From: Felis catus
Taxonomy: Eukaryota
Assembly: GCF_018350175.1 (NCBI RefSeq)
Contig: NC_058368.1
Span: 232,254,001-232,318,000 of the forward strand
Length of the DNA stretch: 64,000 nucleotides
Direction of reading: 5' to 3'
The notes beneath the pieces were generated by a model. That model searched no databases. It worked only from the letters and a program-made list of their open reading frames with translations, and had not been told where the DNA came from. Positions within the stretch are counted from its first letter, which is position 1; each line of letters begins with the position of its first letter. Positions 62,940 to 64,000 of this stretch are shown one piece after another. The position numbers and the translations under genes are program-made.

Positions 62940-63358
62940 ACAACACCAGACGGTACCGTTAACTACAGACGCGGTGCCACACAGGCGCATAGTGTTGGCT
63001 TCTGTGAACAGTGGTGCAGTGGGCATAGGAATGGAGGTATCTTTTAGAAATCTTGATTTCAGTTCTTCCGGATATCTATGCCCAGAAGCGGGACTGCTGG
63101 ATCACACAGTCGCTCTGGCTTTCATTTTTTGAGGAACCGCCATAGTAGTTTCCCCAGCGGCCGCCCCAGGTTTCATTTGCACCGGCAGTGTGCAAGGGTT
63201 CCAATTTCGCCACATCCTCACCAACGTTGTCATCTGTCTGTCATTCTTTTTATAATCTCCATCCTGGCAGGGGTGGGGGGATGTCTTAGGGTGGTTTGGA
63301 ATTGGCATTTCCCCGATAATGAGTGATGTTGAGCATTGTTTCATATACCTGTTGGCCA
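62940..63358 (-). mobile_element. Old L1 ORF2 C-terminal fragment
   Basis: Minus-strand ANRYMKQCSTSLIIGEM resembles L1 ORF2 ANKHMKKCSTSLIIREM. Confidence 0.88.
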
Positions 63359-63387
63359 CTGGTCAGCAGGTCTATCATTAGCCACAA

Positions 63388-63590
63388 GGGGCGCCTGGGT
63401 GGCTCAGTCGGTTAAGCGTCCGACTTTGACTCAGGTCATGATCTCACAGTTCTTGAGTTTGAGGCCCATGTCAGGCTCTGTGCTGACAGCTCAGAGCCTG
63501 GAGCCTTCTTCGGATTCTAGGTCTCTCTCTCTGCCCTTACCCACCCCCCCCACCGCCTCTTTCTTTCTTTCAAAAATAAATAAACATTAA
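63388..63590 (+). mobile_element. CAN-SINE
   Basis: ggggcgcctgggtggctcagtcggttaagcgtccgact head; aataaataaacattaa tail. Confidence 0.93.
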
Positions 63591-64000
63591 TTTTTTTTTT
63601 AAGTGAAGAATCCTCAGATCACGTGGTTGGTTCTAAATTGGGCTCTGGAACCATCTAGAACAAGTCAGTAGACCCTTCTGAGCTCCAGACTTTCCCGTGT
63701 ACACTCTGACACCTTTGACACCTGTCGTTCTAAGGCACTACGACTTAGGGGCACCCTTTTTGGGGGTGTGCAAGTATATGTGCTAGAGACCAAACTTCAG
63801 CTCCGGGAGAAACAGCGAGCAAGCATCCTCCCAGTAAGATTGGATGTGGGAGAGGATTTTTGAAACTTACACAATTCTAGGCAAACACCTGACTGCCTCC
63901 TTTTGCTGGTGTCACAGCCTGTGGCATATATCTGATGGGTTCCCCCTTAGGCTCTAATCTAACTTATTGCCTATTAAGTAAAATGTATAAACTTTTGAGT

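Noticed and set aside
1..64000. A novel multi-gene or prokaryote-type system (CRISPR, operon, defence island)
   Set aside because: The DNA is mammalian intron/exon sequence. There is no repeat-spacer array or gene cluster; all convincing coding signal is SEMA5A or L1 debris.
57660..64000. Next SEMA5A exon (expected to continue ..DGVWSCWS-like)
   Set aside because: No matching sequence with splice sites was seen; it presumably lies beyond the window.

Overview
Eukaryotic genomic DNA from a carnivore, almost certainly a felid (many cat-type CAN-SINEs and a cat-type L1). The whole window lies inside the semaphorin-5A gene (SEMA5A) on the + strand. Five internal coding exons (634-815, 7527-7670, 16456-16603, 53956-54181, 57441-57659; 919 nt) have canonical AG/GT ends and splice into one open frame encoding thrombospondin type-1 repeats. 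The gene starts and ends outside the window. The rest is intron, including one of about 37 kb, filled with ~28 tRNA-derived SINEs, L1 fragments of several ages, MaLR LTRs, L2/MIR remnants, a MER53 MITE and simple repeats. I found no credible new gene or new biological system, and nearly all listed ORFs are spurious. The most interesting observations are structural: a ~1-kb block of old DNA splitting an L1, two SINEs inserted at the same target site, an L1 whose target-site copy matches its own interior, a duplication-created G-quadruplex before an exon, a cryptic 18-bp minisatellite and an ancient local duplication. Repeat family names and human numbering come from recall, not from database searches.
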